NCBI GenBank assembly: GCA_000182565.2 | Contig: KQ257456.1 | Strand: one strand, 5' to 3' | DNA from: Spizellomyces punctatus DAOM BR117 | Lineage: Eukaryota | DNA length: 64,000 nucleotides | Part shown: piece after piece, positions 1 to 12,769 of the stretch | How positions within the stretch are numbered: position 1 is the first letter of the stretch | Layout: the number at the start of each line of letters is the position of its first letter | Position numbers and translations under genes: made by a program | The notes under the pieces: generated by a model | Seen by the model: only the letters and a program-made list of their open reading frames with translations | Database searches by the model: none | What the model was told of the DNA's origin: nothing

Positions 1-1343
1 TTGGTGCAAGGTTAACCTCCGTGAGTAGTCCATTACACCTTGGCCGATATGCATAAAGACCGCTTCCGCTGATTCATCCTCGCCTTATACGATAGCAGCA
101 AGCGCCAGTTGCACTACTGTGACGCCCTCAAAGCGGCTGCGAAACCTAACGTGACGCCTACCAAAGTTATGTAATTCCCGTTGCTCCCAGGCTTCCCCTT
201 ATTGCGGGTATCAAGGGAATGGGGTAGTGGAGTGTAGAGCTTTATCCAGCATGATAGCCCTAGGGAGTTAGACTTTGCGACTTTCCTGAGCATTGGCAGG
301 TAAGTAAGTCTATGTAAAATCTCTTGCCCCAAATCAGCTCCGACGAGATCCATATGAATCCCGGACCCAGGTCTGCGGACCTGATTGCAAATATTGACTA
401 ACACTCCCAAAAATACCTGCGCTTATTTACAATCAGGTCCACCCTTCACAATTGGTACCCCTAGTAGCCACTGCGAGAATATATGTTTCCGATCTAGTAA
501 GTTCATTGGAGCCAATATACATCAAACCAAAGAACACTGATAATATTCTGGATCAGCCGACTCCGATTGACAGGTTCCCAAGTGCTGACATACCCCAAAA
601 AAATAGCCAGTATAACTCCTACATGTCCGATAGCAGGGTGTATCGTAATTCCAACAGAATAACTTGGGGTGGCCTGAAATGCATGTGTTACTCACACATG
701 ACTGAATGAACGACTACATGACCTTCGTTGTGCTGATGCCATACAGGATGCCATACACACATCTCAAAAGCCCTGCCCGGCTGCCTTTGTCTTACACATG
801 GGCAATTATATATGGCAGTGTTCCATGTTAGATCTCATGGTGGTTTACAAATACTTGCCTGTAATCAGAATAAAGGACTTTTTACCGGGATATACACATA
901 CTATAGTAAATGGAGAAGTATTTTCATAGGATATAAATAACAATAAACTGGATCATCTGTATTTGCCTTGTGTCTGATTCATTTTCAGGTCTTTTGTCAA
1001 GTGCGTTGCATGCACGGAGGGCTCAACCTGGCATTCGCTGTAAACAAAACAGCTTTTGTAGTGATCGTCAGCACATACCTGGTTCGATCACATATGCATT
1101 CGAATGCAGCTTACGCTATCCGAACTGTCAACTGTCGCCTGCGCGTTCCCACGTCGCCCCCAGCAGGAAGCTTTTCTGCCCATCAATTGGCGCTGTCCAA
1201 AACTCATTGCCTTTTACGTTTTGTTTGAAGTGTGGCAAGGCGTATAGTGCTGCTTGAGCCTTTATTTTGATCATCACCAGCTGACAAGAGGCCCTATTAT
1301 CTCACCTTCGATTTTACGCTTAACTTCTTCCCGTAGTGCGACC

Positions 1344-3167
1344 ATGGCCATTGAGAATGGAAGGAAGAAGCGCATGCCCTGGGATACGCTGCTTTCTGAT
1401 AGTGAAGAAGATCACGCAGGCCTTATGCCAACCCCGCTCGGCGAGGCACGCTCAAGCGACAGAGAAGTAGCATCCGATCATTCGCAACGTGCCGAAAACA
1501 AGATGGAGACAGTTATCAACAAATTCAAAACCTTTGCTGAACAGGTTGCAACCCAGAAAAGCAGTTGGATTGCTGGCTATGCCTAACGTTCCTTTTTCCT
1601 ATAGTCCTCGTACAGTCCACATCCAGCGCTGAAGGATGATTACATTGGGGAGGGCGAATCCTATCGTAGCGGCAGTAACTAGTACGTGTCGTGCAAAGTT
1701 ATAACTCCTGCGGACAATGGCGGAATTCAGCTCACGTTGTTCTCGCCTGTGCTTAGTGTCCCCAAGTCAAGTCAGGGAGGATCGTTTGGTCATAGCAATA
1801 GCACGAATATCAGTGGAAGGGGGAAGACGTCCAATATTCGTCACACGTTTCCAACATTGCGAGGGGGGTTGACCAAACCTGTAACACTAGACCGGACCAA
1901 GTTCAAAAGAACCCTTCAGCAAAGAGCTCGGGATTTCGAGTTTACGGCACCCGGACCTACTACGGTCTGGCAAAATGGGGTGCCTGCACAGGATGTCCCT
2001 CAAGGTACAAAGGGTAAATCACTTGCCTCGGTTCCCAAGGGCTCGTCGAAGGTGCCTCAGACCAAAAAGGAGCTGAAAGCCCGCTTGGATTCTTTTGAGC
2101 TTTCTCTGGTGTGTGGAGTAATTCATCTGTCGTATTGATGTTTGGAATTGAGACACTGCTGATACGTTATCTTCATCGTCCTTTACTACCCGTAGCCCGG
2201 TCCCACGCAAACATGGATTAAAGGCAAGGCAATTCCGCCAAATCCCGCACCCACAAGGTCGGAGCCACCGCATGTGAAGGATGCTGCACCGCAGGCCGCC
2301 AAAAGTATACCGTTTTCAGTACCTCACACGCCACAAGACGTTAGCAATTCGAGTACACGCTCCCTCCAGGCAGCCGCAACTGACCGGCGTACAGACTCAA
2401 GCTTCGAGGTCATCTGTGATGCCCGACCCAGTCGCTTGTCGCGGGTCCAATCGCACGCCGTGCCAGATAAAAAGTTGGCCAATGGACCTACGGCGCAGAA
2501 TATATCATCTGAAGTGAAGCAACTTCAACAAGACAGTAGCGCAAGCAATCTGGCGTACGCTGATAATGAGGGTGTGCCGCCGTTCTCCAATTCAGCTGCA
2601 ACTATGGAGAACCCCGCTGCGTCGTTGACGGATCTGTCTGCCGCGACATCCCGTATGTCATCAACCACCTCGCATCCTATCGTTAAAATCTTGCCTACCG
2701 ACAACGCGGAATGCGCCAACGAGCAGCCAATGACGGGATCACCCGTGATAGGCGGTAAAAAAGGTAATGGGGTGCCAGCACATGCGTCATTGTGGCCGTC
2801 CTGGACCGGGATACAGACAGTGGGAGAACAACCAAACTGGTCGCACCAAGGATTGCGGCCGTATGCTTTTTCGGCAGAATTGCTCCCCGGCAGTTGGGGC
2901 TACCCTACTCCCTATCCATCAGCATTTCAATTCGTTGGGACATCGCAGGGCCCTCGTCCTGGCAACAATAAAACTCAAGACAATGGAGAGGTTCAGATTA
3001 GGGTGAAGGACAGAGATGGAAAAATGTTAACCCTCTCTCTTGCTGTGGACGACACTGACCCGTCTGCTACCATTTCGCAATTTTGCAATGATCACAATAT
3101 TGGTGGCTATGTGGACTTAGTGAAGAGGATTGCAGAACAGAAGCTGGCGGAGCGCAAGGGACAGTAG
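1344..3167 (+). CDS. Hypothetical multi-exon low-complexity protein with a small C-terminal folded domain
   Basis: ATG in good context (accATGG) at 1344; consecutive + ORFs 1254-1586, 1686-2138 and 2274-3167 separated by short GT..AG gaps; Ser/Pro-rich body; C-terminus VQIRVKDRDGKMLTLSLAVDDTDPSATISQFCNDHNI. Confidence 0.6.
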
Positions 3168-3319
3168 ACGTTAGCGGTGATTCCAAAGAGGTTTCCTTCC
3201 GTCATGTTAAATTGTAACGTCCGATTGATTGTGCAAGGTTGTAGTTTATTGGCCAATTTAACTGAAGAAGCCTCATACTAGCAACAAAAGCAACATGGTA
3301 GATAATCCGTAACCCTTGA

Positions 3320-4052
3320 TCATTTGCTGCCAAGTGCTTTCGCAAGATCCTATAGTATTTGAGCACAAAGATTGCAAAGTGTAAATGCATGCATGACGGC
3401 AGACGCCTGGCACAACCGATGTCTGACCTGAAGGGCTTCCTTCTTCTTGAGGCGCGAATCTTCAACAACGCTGGCAGTCTCGTTGCCGCTACTGGAATAG
3501 TCTGACTCCCATTCCACAAGTGTACTATTATCCTGTGAAAGAAGAATCAGACAAAGACTGTGGAATTGCGCATAGCTGCCCTTTTAGAGTAACGTACATG
3601 GGTGATCTTTCTCAATTTGATCGTGTGAAGAGCAGCCGACGATTTAATGGGAGGGTTGCTTTCAATCATTTCATATGTTATAAAGTACGCCAGGTCTTGG
3701 ATCAATGTGAAAATGAGTTTCGAACCCCACGCACAAACACTTCTTGGGTGGCATCCCATCCAAACACTTCAAGTACCTGACAACTCAACAATCTGGTAAC
3801 GCTGAACAGTTCCATCTTTGAAGGTAACCTTGCGCTGAGAGCCAACTGTAGAAACAGATTTCAGCGTCATTTGCCATCCGTTACCCGACTTGTAAAAGTG
3901 AGCTGACCTTCACCGGGTAGGCCACCTTCGACTTGCGTCTCCTTGACTGCACTTGTCCAGAACTTGAAGTCGGCGGGACGTACATGGTTCCACACAACAT
4001 TGATGGGGTGGGGAAAAACCCGGGATTCTTGAACACGAGTAGCAGAGTCCAT
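3320..4052 (-). CDS. Bet v1-like / SRPBCC (polyketide cyclase-like) small protein, about 5 exons
   Basis: Spliced reading MDSATRVQESRVFPHPINVVWNHVRPADFKFW..|VGSQRKVTFKDGTVQRYQIVELS|DLAYFITYEMIESNPP..LHTIKLRKITH|..LVEWESDYSS..EDSRLKKKEALQ|DLAKALGSK*, a typical SRPBCC pattern. Confidence 0.75.
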
Positions 4053-5065
4053 ATCGAGTGATGTTGAGTTGGTGAGCCGATGAACAAAGAGTGCCTTGGG
4101 GTGGGCGAGGGAGGGGTTGATGCGACTGACGCTGATGACACAACTGAACGAACGCGTCAAGGCACGTGATGCGCAAGACCCCTAACCATCACGGCAGGAG
4201 CGCCTAGACTAGCTCTTTCAGCAGAACAGTTCGTGATCACATTCCTTTTCGGTACTTTGACTCGACGTTCGGCCTCTTGCACCGAGTCTACTCTTTTGAA
4301 ATGCCAAAGAATCTTGTCAACTGCCAAGACAGTGAATGCAATCAATTGTTCATATAGTCTGAATAGTCAAAGGGACTCGTGAAAAACGAAGGATAAACGT
4401 TTGGAGGTTGTCGGAGGGTGGAAATTGGAAATTATGACATGTCTTATCAGGAATAGTGGGCTCCCGCTCCAAGCTCCTGACAGTCAAAGAACGACATGGC
4501 CTATAAGCATTCGCTGCACAGCCTCGTTAGGAGCCAGCGTTTCCGTTGATTGCTTTAGCCGCACTTCTTGCATTTGGAACAGGTTTGGACGGGAACGGCA
4601 GAGGGATGCTAAATGAAGGTGGTTTTTCTTGATTTCACTGTGATGGGATGGATGGTGGTTGCCTGTCGGGAGTTCACACTGTCGCAGCTCGTCGCCGTGT
4701 TTCCATTAGAACATACATGCATGCATCTAGTATTATTTTGTATCTATTAAAACATGCAAGGTTTCTGATATTCTTGTTTTGTGGTGAGCACAATGTCGTC
4801 AAACTTTTCCAACGTAACTGAACCCGCTCATGGCGACAAACAAAGCCAATGTGCCCCTTTTCCCGAACTCATTCGACCTGGACAGTGGCTTGTCTCCATC
4901 GTGAAGAGCATATCATTTGGCGAGAAACCTGCGAAAAACGAATGTCATTTCCTGCGTGGACGCTGCTGGGGTTGGAAGTGCAACGCTCCAGCTGGGGCCA
5001 CGTGATCAAGCGATCGTCCTCCAGCCTTTGTTTTCACACTCAAGTGGGAGCGACAACACCCCACA

Positions 5066-6986
5066 ATGGTAGACGCCGTTCACGGTGATGTCAATATCCG
5101 AAAGGATGTTCCCACAGCTGCAGAACCTGTCATCAAGCAGGAACCCCAGGAGGACGCGCTATGGCCTGCCGACGAGACAAGACGAATACGCACACCCAAT
5201 GGTCCTCCCCCACATCTCTCCAAAGGCACCTCCAGACCAATCCCCCAGCCAGAAGGGTTCAAACTCTTCCAAGGCATGGCTGCTCCCTTAAATTCCAACG
5301 CCAGTGGAACCCTACCTACCACAAGAGCTCGACCGCCACCAGGCCGAGAAGAACGACCATCCCCACCACCATCAGAATGTAAGCTGTCGATCCAGACTTT
5401 GTTCGCGTGCCGAGATAACATACTTTAATATATATGCAGTGAATGGTGCGAAATATGACCTCAGTTTGCCGACCGACTCGGAAGTGAGAATAAAATCGGA
5501 ATTTGGCTTAGTTAATGAAATGGGTACGCCAACTCAGATAGCCAGCACAGCTTTACCAGGCACTATTCAAAGCTCCAGAGAGCGCACCACCAGCCCCTCT
5601 CCGGCTCACCTTTTTCCTGCTGTCGGGGTGAATAGTAACAGGCTGGACAATGCAGAAGCATTCGTAGCGGAACGTGTACTCCGGAGAGCAGCTTCCCATG
5701 AATGGCAGCGCAGAAGCCCACCACCTAGACGAGCAGGATCTCCGGTGCGGTCAAATTGCGAGAGCCTGAGTTTTGGTGGTCCTTTGCCCCCGCCCCCGCT
5801 ACCCGTAGTCGATGTTGCATATGAGGTCCATTCAGCAGTGTTAAAGCAGTTACAGATGGAGTATGCCGAAGGTCAGACGGAGCTTTATAAGCTTGAAGCT
5901 CAATATGCGGAAGTCGCAGAGATTTCAGATCGCTTGGCTAGGGATGTGGATGAGCTCTCCCAGATACTTGCGAGTAAAAAAGCGTCGTTAGAACGGACTT
6001 TGAAGGATAGACATGGATTAGAGGGCCTCCTTATATTTATGAGAAGGAAACAGATGCAGAAAAAGGAAGAATGGAGCATTGGACTGAGAAAGGCCGAAGA
6101 GATGCGGAAAAGGTATCCAGCAGAGTTCTTGACAACCGGTCCTTCACGATCTAGAGCGGTCACTGTTCCACCGGCGACACTGCCACGCACGATGAGCGGG
6201 CCGTTGGAGCCAGTACATGATAGTGCAGAAACCGTATTTGCATCAAGTGTGCGCGGTGATTCCAATAGTCGTCCATGCGCCGGCAGCTCGAAACCTGATG
6301 ATAGACAGGAAGAGCCGTTTACAATGCGTCAGCACCATGCAGCGGGCACCGTTTCCGTTGGCACGTTCAAGCGGTCACGGTCAACCGATGGCGAAGGTGG
6401 TGGCGTTCCTTTGGGAGGCAGACCTGATTCTATCGAATCTATTGGTGGTGATCCCCCTGCTGGAGCCATTTTGCATTTTAGACAGGTGTCCGGAAACGGG
6501 GAGATATGCTTCAAATACAATCAAGCAGAGTGTCCCGAAGGTCAAAATTGTTCACGACGACATGTTTGTGTGGCTTGCATGGGCTCTCATCCATTTTATG
6601 TCTGTGCTGCAAAGCGTACGAGTTGCTTTAGGTTTAACAATGAGGAGTGCGGGCCTCATTGTCATCGCGAGCACCGTTGCCTCCGATGTGCGTCCGGTCA
6701 GCATAGACTACCAGAATGTCATATACCCCCCGCCCCAGAGAATGGAATCGAGTATTGCCTCACATGGAATTCATCGCAGAACTGCCATAGCGGACCGAAT
6801 TGCGAGCGACGGCATCAGTGCCTGCGATGCCGAGGAAGTCACGCTGTCATCATCTGCCCGGAGAATGTGTTGAACTATTTTCAGACTGTTGACGGTAGAG
6901 TTACTACTACCCTACCAGTCGCGCGCCAAATGATGCCTTGTCTTGGAAGAGAGGAGCATGGATCCAAGCGTTCCCGTTTGGAGTAG
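5066..6986 (+). CDS. Coiled-coil protein with three tandem CCCH+CCHC zinc-finger modules
   Basis: Exon 1 from 5066 (ORF 5066-5428), intron ~5379-5439, then long ORF to 6986; three repeats of C-x2-[FYW]N-x3-4-C-x3-5-C-x-R-x-H-x-C-x2-C-x3-4-H-x4-C at 6507-6857. Confidence 0.75.
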
Positions 6987-7636
6987 TTTAAGTGCGGAAA
7001 ACTATTTTTACCATGAGCAGATATTGGCTAACGCGTGAATTTACAATAAGTATTTAAAAGCCTTGAACTATTATGTATGACAGAAGGCATCCATTGCCAA
7101 AGACTCGTTCGTATATCTTAATGAAGATTTTTGACAAGGAACACGGCCTGAACCTGTTGTAATGATTTTTCCAGGCTAATGTTTGGATAGCACTCTTGTG
7201 AGAAATTTCAGAAAGACCTTGTTATTGACTCTCGGAAGGGAAGCAGGAAGGCACTCGAAAAGAAAGAGCATTGGGTAGGCCTCTCCGGATGGAATTCTTA
7301 CTACCAATCAACCCATCAGACCTGCTGGCTGAGCCCCCACTGTACTGCATGATGATAACCTACAGTAGTATCAGATACTACACCATGTGAATCTGCATTT
7401 CGGATTACATGAAGTCAATTATATGAAGTCAGCCCTTCGAGGCTTGTAAATGATCCACCAGCTGATAGGTTACTGGAAGCTTGGAAGCTACTTCTTCCAT
7501 TCTTCAAAGCTTATCACCTACCTGCATCATCACCTCCCACGTTACTTATGCGCCCTCATCGGCCACAACAGAGTGATCCACATTTTTTGTTAACATAGCA
7601 TAGCTGACCATATAGGTTATTGCTTCCAACACCTTT

Positions 7637-8515
7637 TTGCCGAGCATGCCAGATCTCACCGGCCATAAACACAGCATCAATGGAGCAGCTGCTGCCCGTC
7701 AACCTACCAATTTATGGGGGACGCCCATCACCGATCAGCCGAACCTAAAACTCAAAGACATTGACCGAGAAATTGAAACCTTGCAGTACATGAAGCAGAC
7801 CGAGATGAAAGAGAAGCACGGTCAAGAGTATAGATATATGAAACCTATATTACATCGGCCACCAAAGGTTCACCATACTGCACCCCGTCGAACATCAATT
7901 CAGCCTGCTCGAACGACTTCGGTGAAGCCACATACAGGGTTAAAATCAACCAACGCTTGCCCTGCCCAGCAGCTCCACGAAACTGTGCGGGACAGGTTTG
8001 GTTGGGGGGCACATATATATGATTACCCTGTCATCATCTCGCAACCGCCTTTGCCCCCCAATTATGTCATTCCGGATTCCAAAACCACAAAATTGGAGGC
8101 CGAAGCTGAAACAAATCTGACAGATGGATGGACGTCTCCACCACCGGCAGGAAATAGGGAATCGCTCGAAACGAAACGGGCCCGCGACAGTTCAGGTGTC
8201 ATCATAGGGCGTGAACGTGCTTCTGTTGCCAATGAGCATTCTAGCTCACCTGCCGAACCAAAGTCCCAAATCAACAACATCCCAGGATCGGCACCCTTAG
8301 TCCGCGCTAACATCACAACTGCCTGCGGCGAGCAGCAAACGCTTGAGATATGGCCCGGAGAGGTTCCCCTACTCACGGTGGAAAAGTTCTGCGAGGTGGC
8401 TGGCATTAGGGAACACGCTAAATATGTGTGGGAAGCTTTGAAGCCCGTCGTTGACGTAGAACTAAAGCGGCAATGTTGGCCTGATGGACTTGATGAAAAG
8501 GACTACAATGCTTGA
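7637..8515 (+). CDS. Hypothetical protein (5' end uncertain), Pro-rich, with a small C-terminal domain
   Basis: 292-aa ORF; C-terminus LVRANITTACGEQQTLEIWPGEVPLLTVEKFCEVAGI. Confidence 0.6.
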   Translation: MPSMPDLTGHKHSINGAAAARQPTNLWGTPITDQPNLKLKDIDREIETLQYMKQTEMKEKHGQEYRYMKPILHRPPKVHHTAPRRTSIQPARTTSVKPHTGLKSTNACPAQQLHETVRDRFGWGAHIYDYPVIISQPPLPPNYVIPDSKTTKLEAEAETNLTDGWTSPPPAGNRESLETKRARDSSGVIIGRERASVANEHSSSPAEPKSQINNIPGSAPLVRANITTACGEQQTLEIWPGEVPLLTVEKFCEVAGIREHAKYVWEALKPVVDVELKRQCWPDGLDEKDYNA

Positions 8516-9145
8516 TCCCTGCAAATCTTGTTGTTTGGAGATGACGAATAACCATTGCAAAGCTGGCTTGACATGGTGGGATATATTATTGCATCTTTTC
8601 TCTTTCTTTTTTTTTTTTTTTTTTTTTGTAAGGGGCAAATCGCGACAGCTGTCACAAAGTCGCTTGAAATGCAAATGCTTAGCGTTATCGATAAATCCTG
8701 TTTGAATTCATAACTTTATTTGTCCATACTTCTGCGCTCAGTATTGGATGCGGTTGCACGAGTAAATAAACAAACATGATCAAAAGACCTACTGACCAGC
8801 TGTATGCGATGACTGACCCAGCCAAAAGCAAATGATGAGGACAATACCAGTGGGGTTTTCTAAGAGTCATTGTCGCTAGTTCTCATCTGATGATGAAAAC
8901 CTGTTGTAAAGCTATGGAAACTACAAGAGGCAATGTGCTACACATTTCGTACTGGGCGTACCAACCCCATATGCCAACCATACTACAATACTCCGTAGTG
9001 GCTTCCGTGTCATAGTCTCTTCTTAGAATAAATCGCATATTGGTGTTCAAATTCAAAGCGGCGGCGGCAATCAAAGCACGCTTCATGTATTAAGTTCGGT
9101 CTACCCGCGATTCGAGTCACATGAAGTGCAACCTGCGTCTGATTC

Positions 9146-11135
9146 TTAAGTGGTACTCATAATGGATCCACGAGTGGAACTAACAGATCGCGATGACCGC
9201 CGATCTATATAGAATTGCTCAGTAAGCGGTCCCTGTATGATGCAGACCACATTGTCTGACATACCCCATCTCAGCGACGGATCCTGTGGCCCCACTGACG
9301 TCTCTGACGGCGATCGGCGAACTGAGGTCGAACTGGCAGATCGGGAGCGGTCATTGACAGAGAGGCTAGATGAAGATCGGCTGCGTTGTACAAGAGCCGG
9401 AAGCACTTGTGGGAATTGTCGGTCAATGTCGTCAACAGGTAACGACAAGCGACCTCGAAGAGCAATGACCTCTTCCCGCAGCTTGCTGTAGAGTTCACCG
9501 CATGTGTTTGCACCGTCCTCGTATTCTGTTTCCATATCGTGTATTCTGGTTTTTAGGGAGTTCACCTGGGATGGTACTAACGATAAGTCTCCTTCAAGGG
9601 GCGTCAGCGTCACAACCGCTCACCTCAGCTCGAAGCACTTCGGCAACCCCCGGGGACACCGGAAAGTCGACCATAGATGCATTTGGACTGTGCGTTGGAT
9701 GCGACATCTTTCTCCTAAATGCTTCCGTGTCAGTATGGGCTCATCTGCTCGTTAAGCGCAGTCTGATAGTCCATTCTGCTGGGTGCGAAGCCCGCCATCA
9801 GCACTTACGGAGTATTAGCAGATGTTTGCTGAAGGCGTAAACTCTCCAGCTGTTTTTGCAGACGATTTACAATAAATTCTTGCTCCTGCTCTAGAGCAAG
9901 CTCCATATCGATTTTCTCTTTCTGCAACTATTTCACAGATAGTCATGATCGCCATTAGCTTTGGCGGCCGTGGCCAAAATCGTAATGTTCATCCGGTATT
10001 ACCCACCTGGGATAGTTTCTTTTGTAATGTATTTGTGATCATTTCCTCCTCTTGCTCAACCTCCGGAAGACGTAAGTATGCCATATGCTTATCTTATTAA
10101 GCTCATCTAAGATTACCTTCAGCAGAAGCTCTCCCTTTTCTTTTTTGAGGTGGTTAATGCGTTTCATCAATTTATTAGCAATATACTCTTCTTCCTGTTC
10201 AGCAGATGCTTGCTGGGGTAGGTATGAAGTTCAGAGCAGTGCTATCCTCATACTACTCGCACGCAATATTACCAGCTCCACTGTCATTTGCCGCAATTTT
10301 TGGTTTTCCGCCCTGTTGATGGCCCGTTATACACAATCAGATAGCATTGATACAATGAGATAATCCCGTCATTACCGCAGTATGTTTACATGACCGCACT
10401 CCATGTCAAGCTCAAACTTCAGTTTTTTGATCAGAGCGTCTTGTACTGTCACGCGGTCTTTCAGTTGCTTAGCCAAGTCCTTGATGTGCTGTAGATCATC
10501 GGATTCGATGGCTTTGGAAAGTGATACCAAAAGCTCATCCTCATTGGGGCTGCTTCAGGAGATAGCTCAGGCCACAATATCTCCGTGGCCCAAATACGGC
10601 AGCTAGCATCATACCTATCCCCGGGTGTGCGTAAGGTCTCCAGTTGCTTTTGAAACTCTTCAGAGCGAACCTGCTGGTCTTTCTTGAGCGAAGCTAGAGA
10701 TGTTTCCAAACGTGCCTTCTCCAATGTGGCCTGACGGACGGCGGCAAATCAGCGAACGAGTCTGCTTTGGCGAAGATTTTCTATTTGCATTATACTGACA
10801 CTGTCAAGGTGCAGCTGAAGCGCCTCTTTATACGTCTGTTCATTCGCCTCCACCTTGTTTAATAGCGCTTCCTTCTCCTGTACGTGTACGGAGCCCGAAA
10901 GATAAGTCATTGTCAGATGGTCTGCAAGTACTCTTGCGACGCGTGAATTGTCATCGGCACCCTAGTACAACAATTCACACGCCTTTGGGGCGGGAAGCGG
11001 CCAAACAGCGCCTCCACCAGTGACCAGGCGTTACGGACGACTTACAGCAGTGATTTTTCTCAATTCTGCCGCTTGACGGCGCACTACATCTTGGAGTTCA
11101 CTGGGATCCGATGGTATGCTTTCTGTCCCGCTCAT
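9146..11135 (-). CDS. CCDC6/H4-like coiled-coil protein (DUF2046)
   Basis: Spliced reading includes QASAEQEEEYIANKLMKRINHLKKEKGELLLK|VEQEEEMITNTLQKKLSQ|LQKEKIDMELALEQEQEFIVNRLQKQL, the DUF2046 signature; start MSGTESIPSDP at 11135. Confidence 0.8.
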
Positions 11136-11512
11136 TATTGTTTTGCGCCGCAGATATAGGCTACTACAAAGAAGCTTGAAGTCACCCTCCGGCCGTAATA
11201 AAGGAGAGCTGTCGGTCGGACAAAGCGGGCTATCTGTACACAAGGGAGGGGGATGGAGGGAGAATGTCGAACGCGAAGCCGTATGCGTCTCGCGGTGTTG
11301 GCGGATTGTCACGCTCGAGCATTTCGAACCGAGTCCATCCGGCGTTGCAACCAACTTTACAGGTGTTTGTTCATGTTACACTGGACGTTCAATAATAAAG
11401 AATAGGCCCGATCATAGAAAATTAGCCAACAATTGGATTGCAATGACGGTCAAATAAAGCGATCGGCATTCTAAGAGCCACTGCAATGTTGGCCTGTAAT
11501 ACCCAGACTAAA

Positions 11513-12642
11513 CTAACTACTCAAAGATGACAGGAAACTTTCTACAGCTGTACAAAACCGATCCCGTTCGACTGGATCTTCGATTGCATGATTCGCCTGC
11601 GCATCGAGGATGCAACAGTCGAGGGGATTGTTGCGGGACTTGACAAATCGCTTATGTAGGGCGTGTAAATCGACAAAAGGTGGCACGTACTCGTCTTGCC
11701 CAGAAAGATATATGAGCAGTGGACACTCGATGGGAGCGTATAAGCGGTCCCAGCGCTCGGCCCCCATGGTTGACGTAAACATATCATCGTCCCCACTTGC
11801 ATTTGGTCAGTACAGATTGAGCGCAGAGCGTGAACTCAGGGCCACATTACTTTGGACCATACAACGACCTGTAGCGGTACGCTGTAATTGGAGCCGGATC
11901 CGCCTGCATCTTGAACTAAGTACTTGAGAAGTTCCAGTATATCGCGTCACACAAACGCCACTACCTCTCTAGGCATCAGAGCTTGGTCCTTGCCGTCGGC
12001 AATTAAAGCTTCTGCTATTTGAAGCCACCGCTGTGTTCCATCTGGGTCCATCCAAAGGGCATACTCGTTATCGCTCACAGGACCTTGCAGGATTCCTGCA
12101 TGTACTTGTTTACGAAGGCGGCCGTGATGGAGGAACCATATTACATCCTGTAACTAGTCACGCCACAGGTTGGTTACAGGGAGCACTGCTGGACCGTTAC
12201 CTGAGCCCCAGTTGAATGTCCAATCAACACAATGCGCATCTTCCCTCGTCGTTCTCGCAAGTAATCCACCAGTAAATCGATCTGGTCGCTATCGCTTTGC
12301 AGACTGCTGGTCCCATACCCATGGTATGAGGAAGATAAGATCGGTTGAACAAAGGAATAGCCATTGTTCTCCAGCCCCAGTCGAGAAGCTAGTGGTGTTA
12401 CGTATGCCACTAGATGTCTTGTCAGAGTATAGGACAAGTAACGCTGCAACGACGAAATGCAAGGGCCCAACCTCCCAATGGCCCGTCCGTTAATCCGCCC
12501 AGGAATATCTGGGATAGCCATGTAAGTAAGTTACAAAACACGGCTGTAGAAAGGACTGTACCACGGCGTTATGGTGTTGAGGATACGCCTCAAAGGCTGC
12601 CAATCGCCTGCTTTCGTCATATATGAACAGAGTTCCCTCCAT
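11513..12642 (-). CDS. DUF1749/UPF0613 alpha/beta hydrolase
   Basis: MEGTLFIY.., FVQPILSSSYHGYGTSSLQSDSDQIDLLVDYL, nucleophile motif LIGHSTGAQ, SGQDEYVP, ANHAI. Confidence 0.85.
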
Positions 12643-12769
12643 CGCGAGCCAGATCGCGCGTGTTGATGCCTTGGATGACCAAGCAAACGTGCAGCCTGGA
12701 GATTCATGGAATGAGTCATACAACATCTCATCTCAGCTCTCTACGACGATACAACGCCAGGCAGCCTCG

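Noticed and set aside
100-700. Hydrophobic minus-strand fragments suggestive of a decayed membrane-protein gene
   Set aside because: No recognisable family motif or consistent splice model; cannot be supported.
8607-8627. Poly-T tract
   Set aside because: Simple homopolymer in a 3' intergenic region with no retroposon body or TSD visible.
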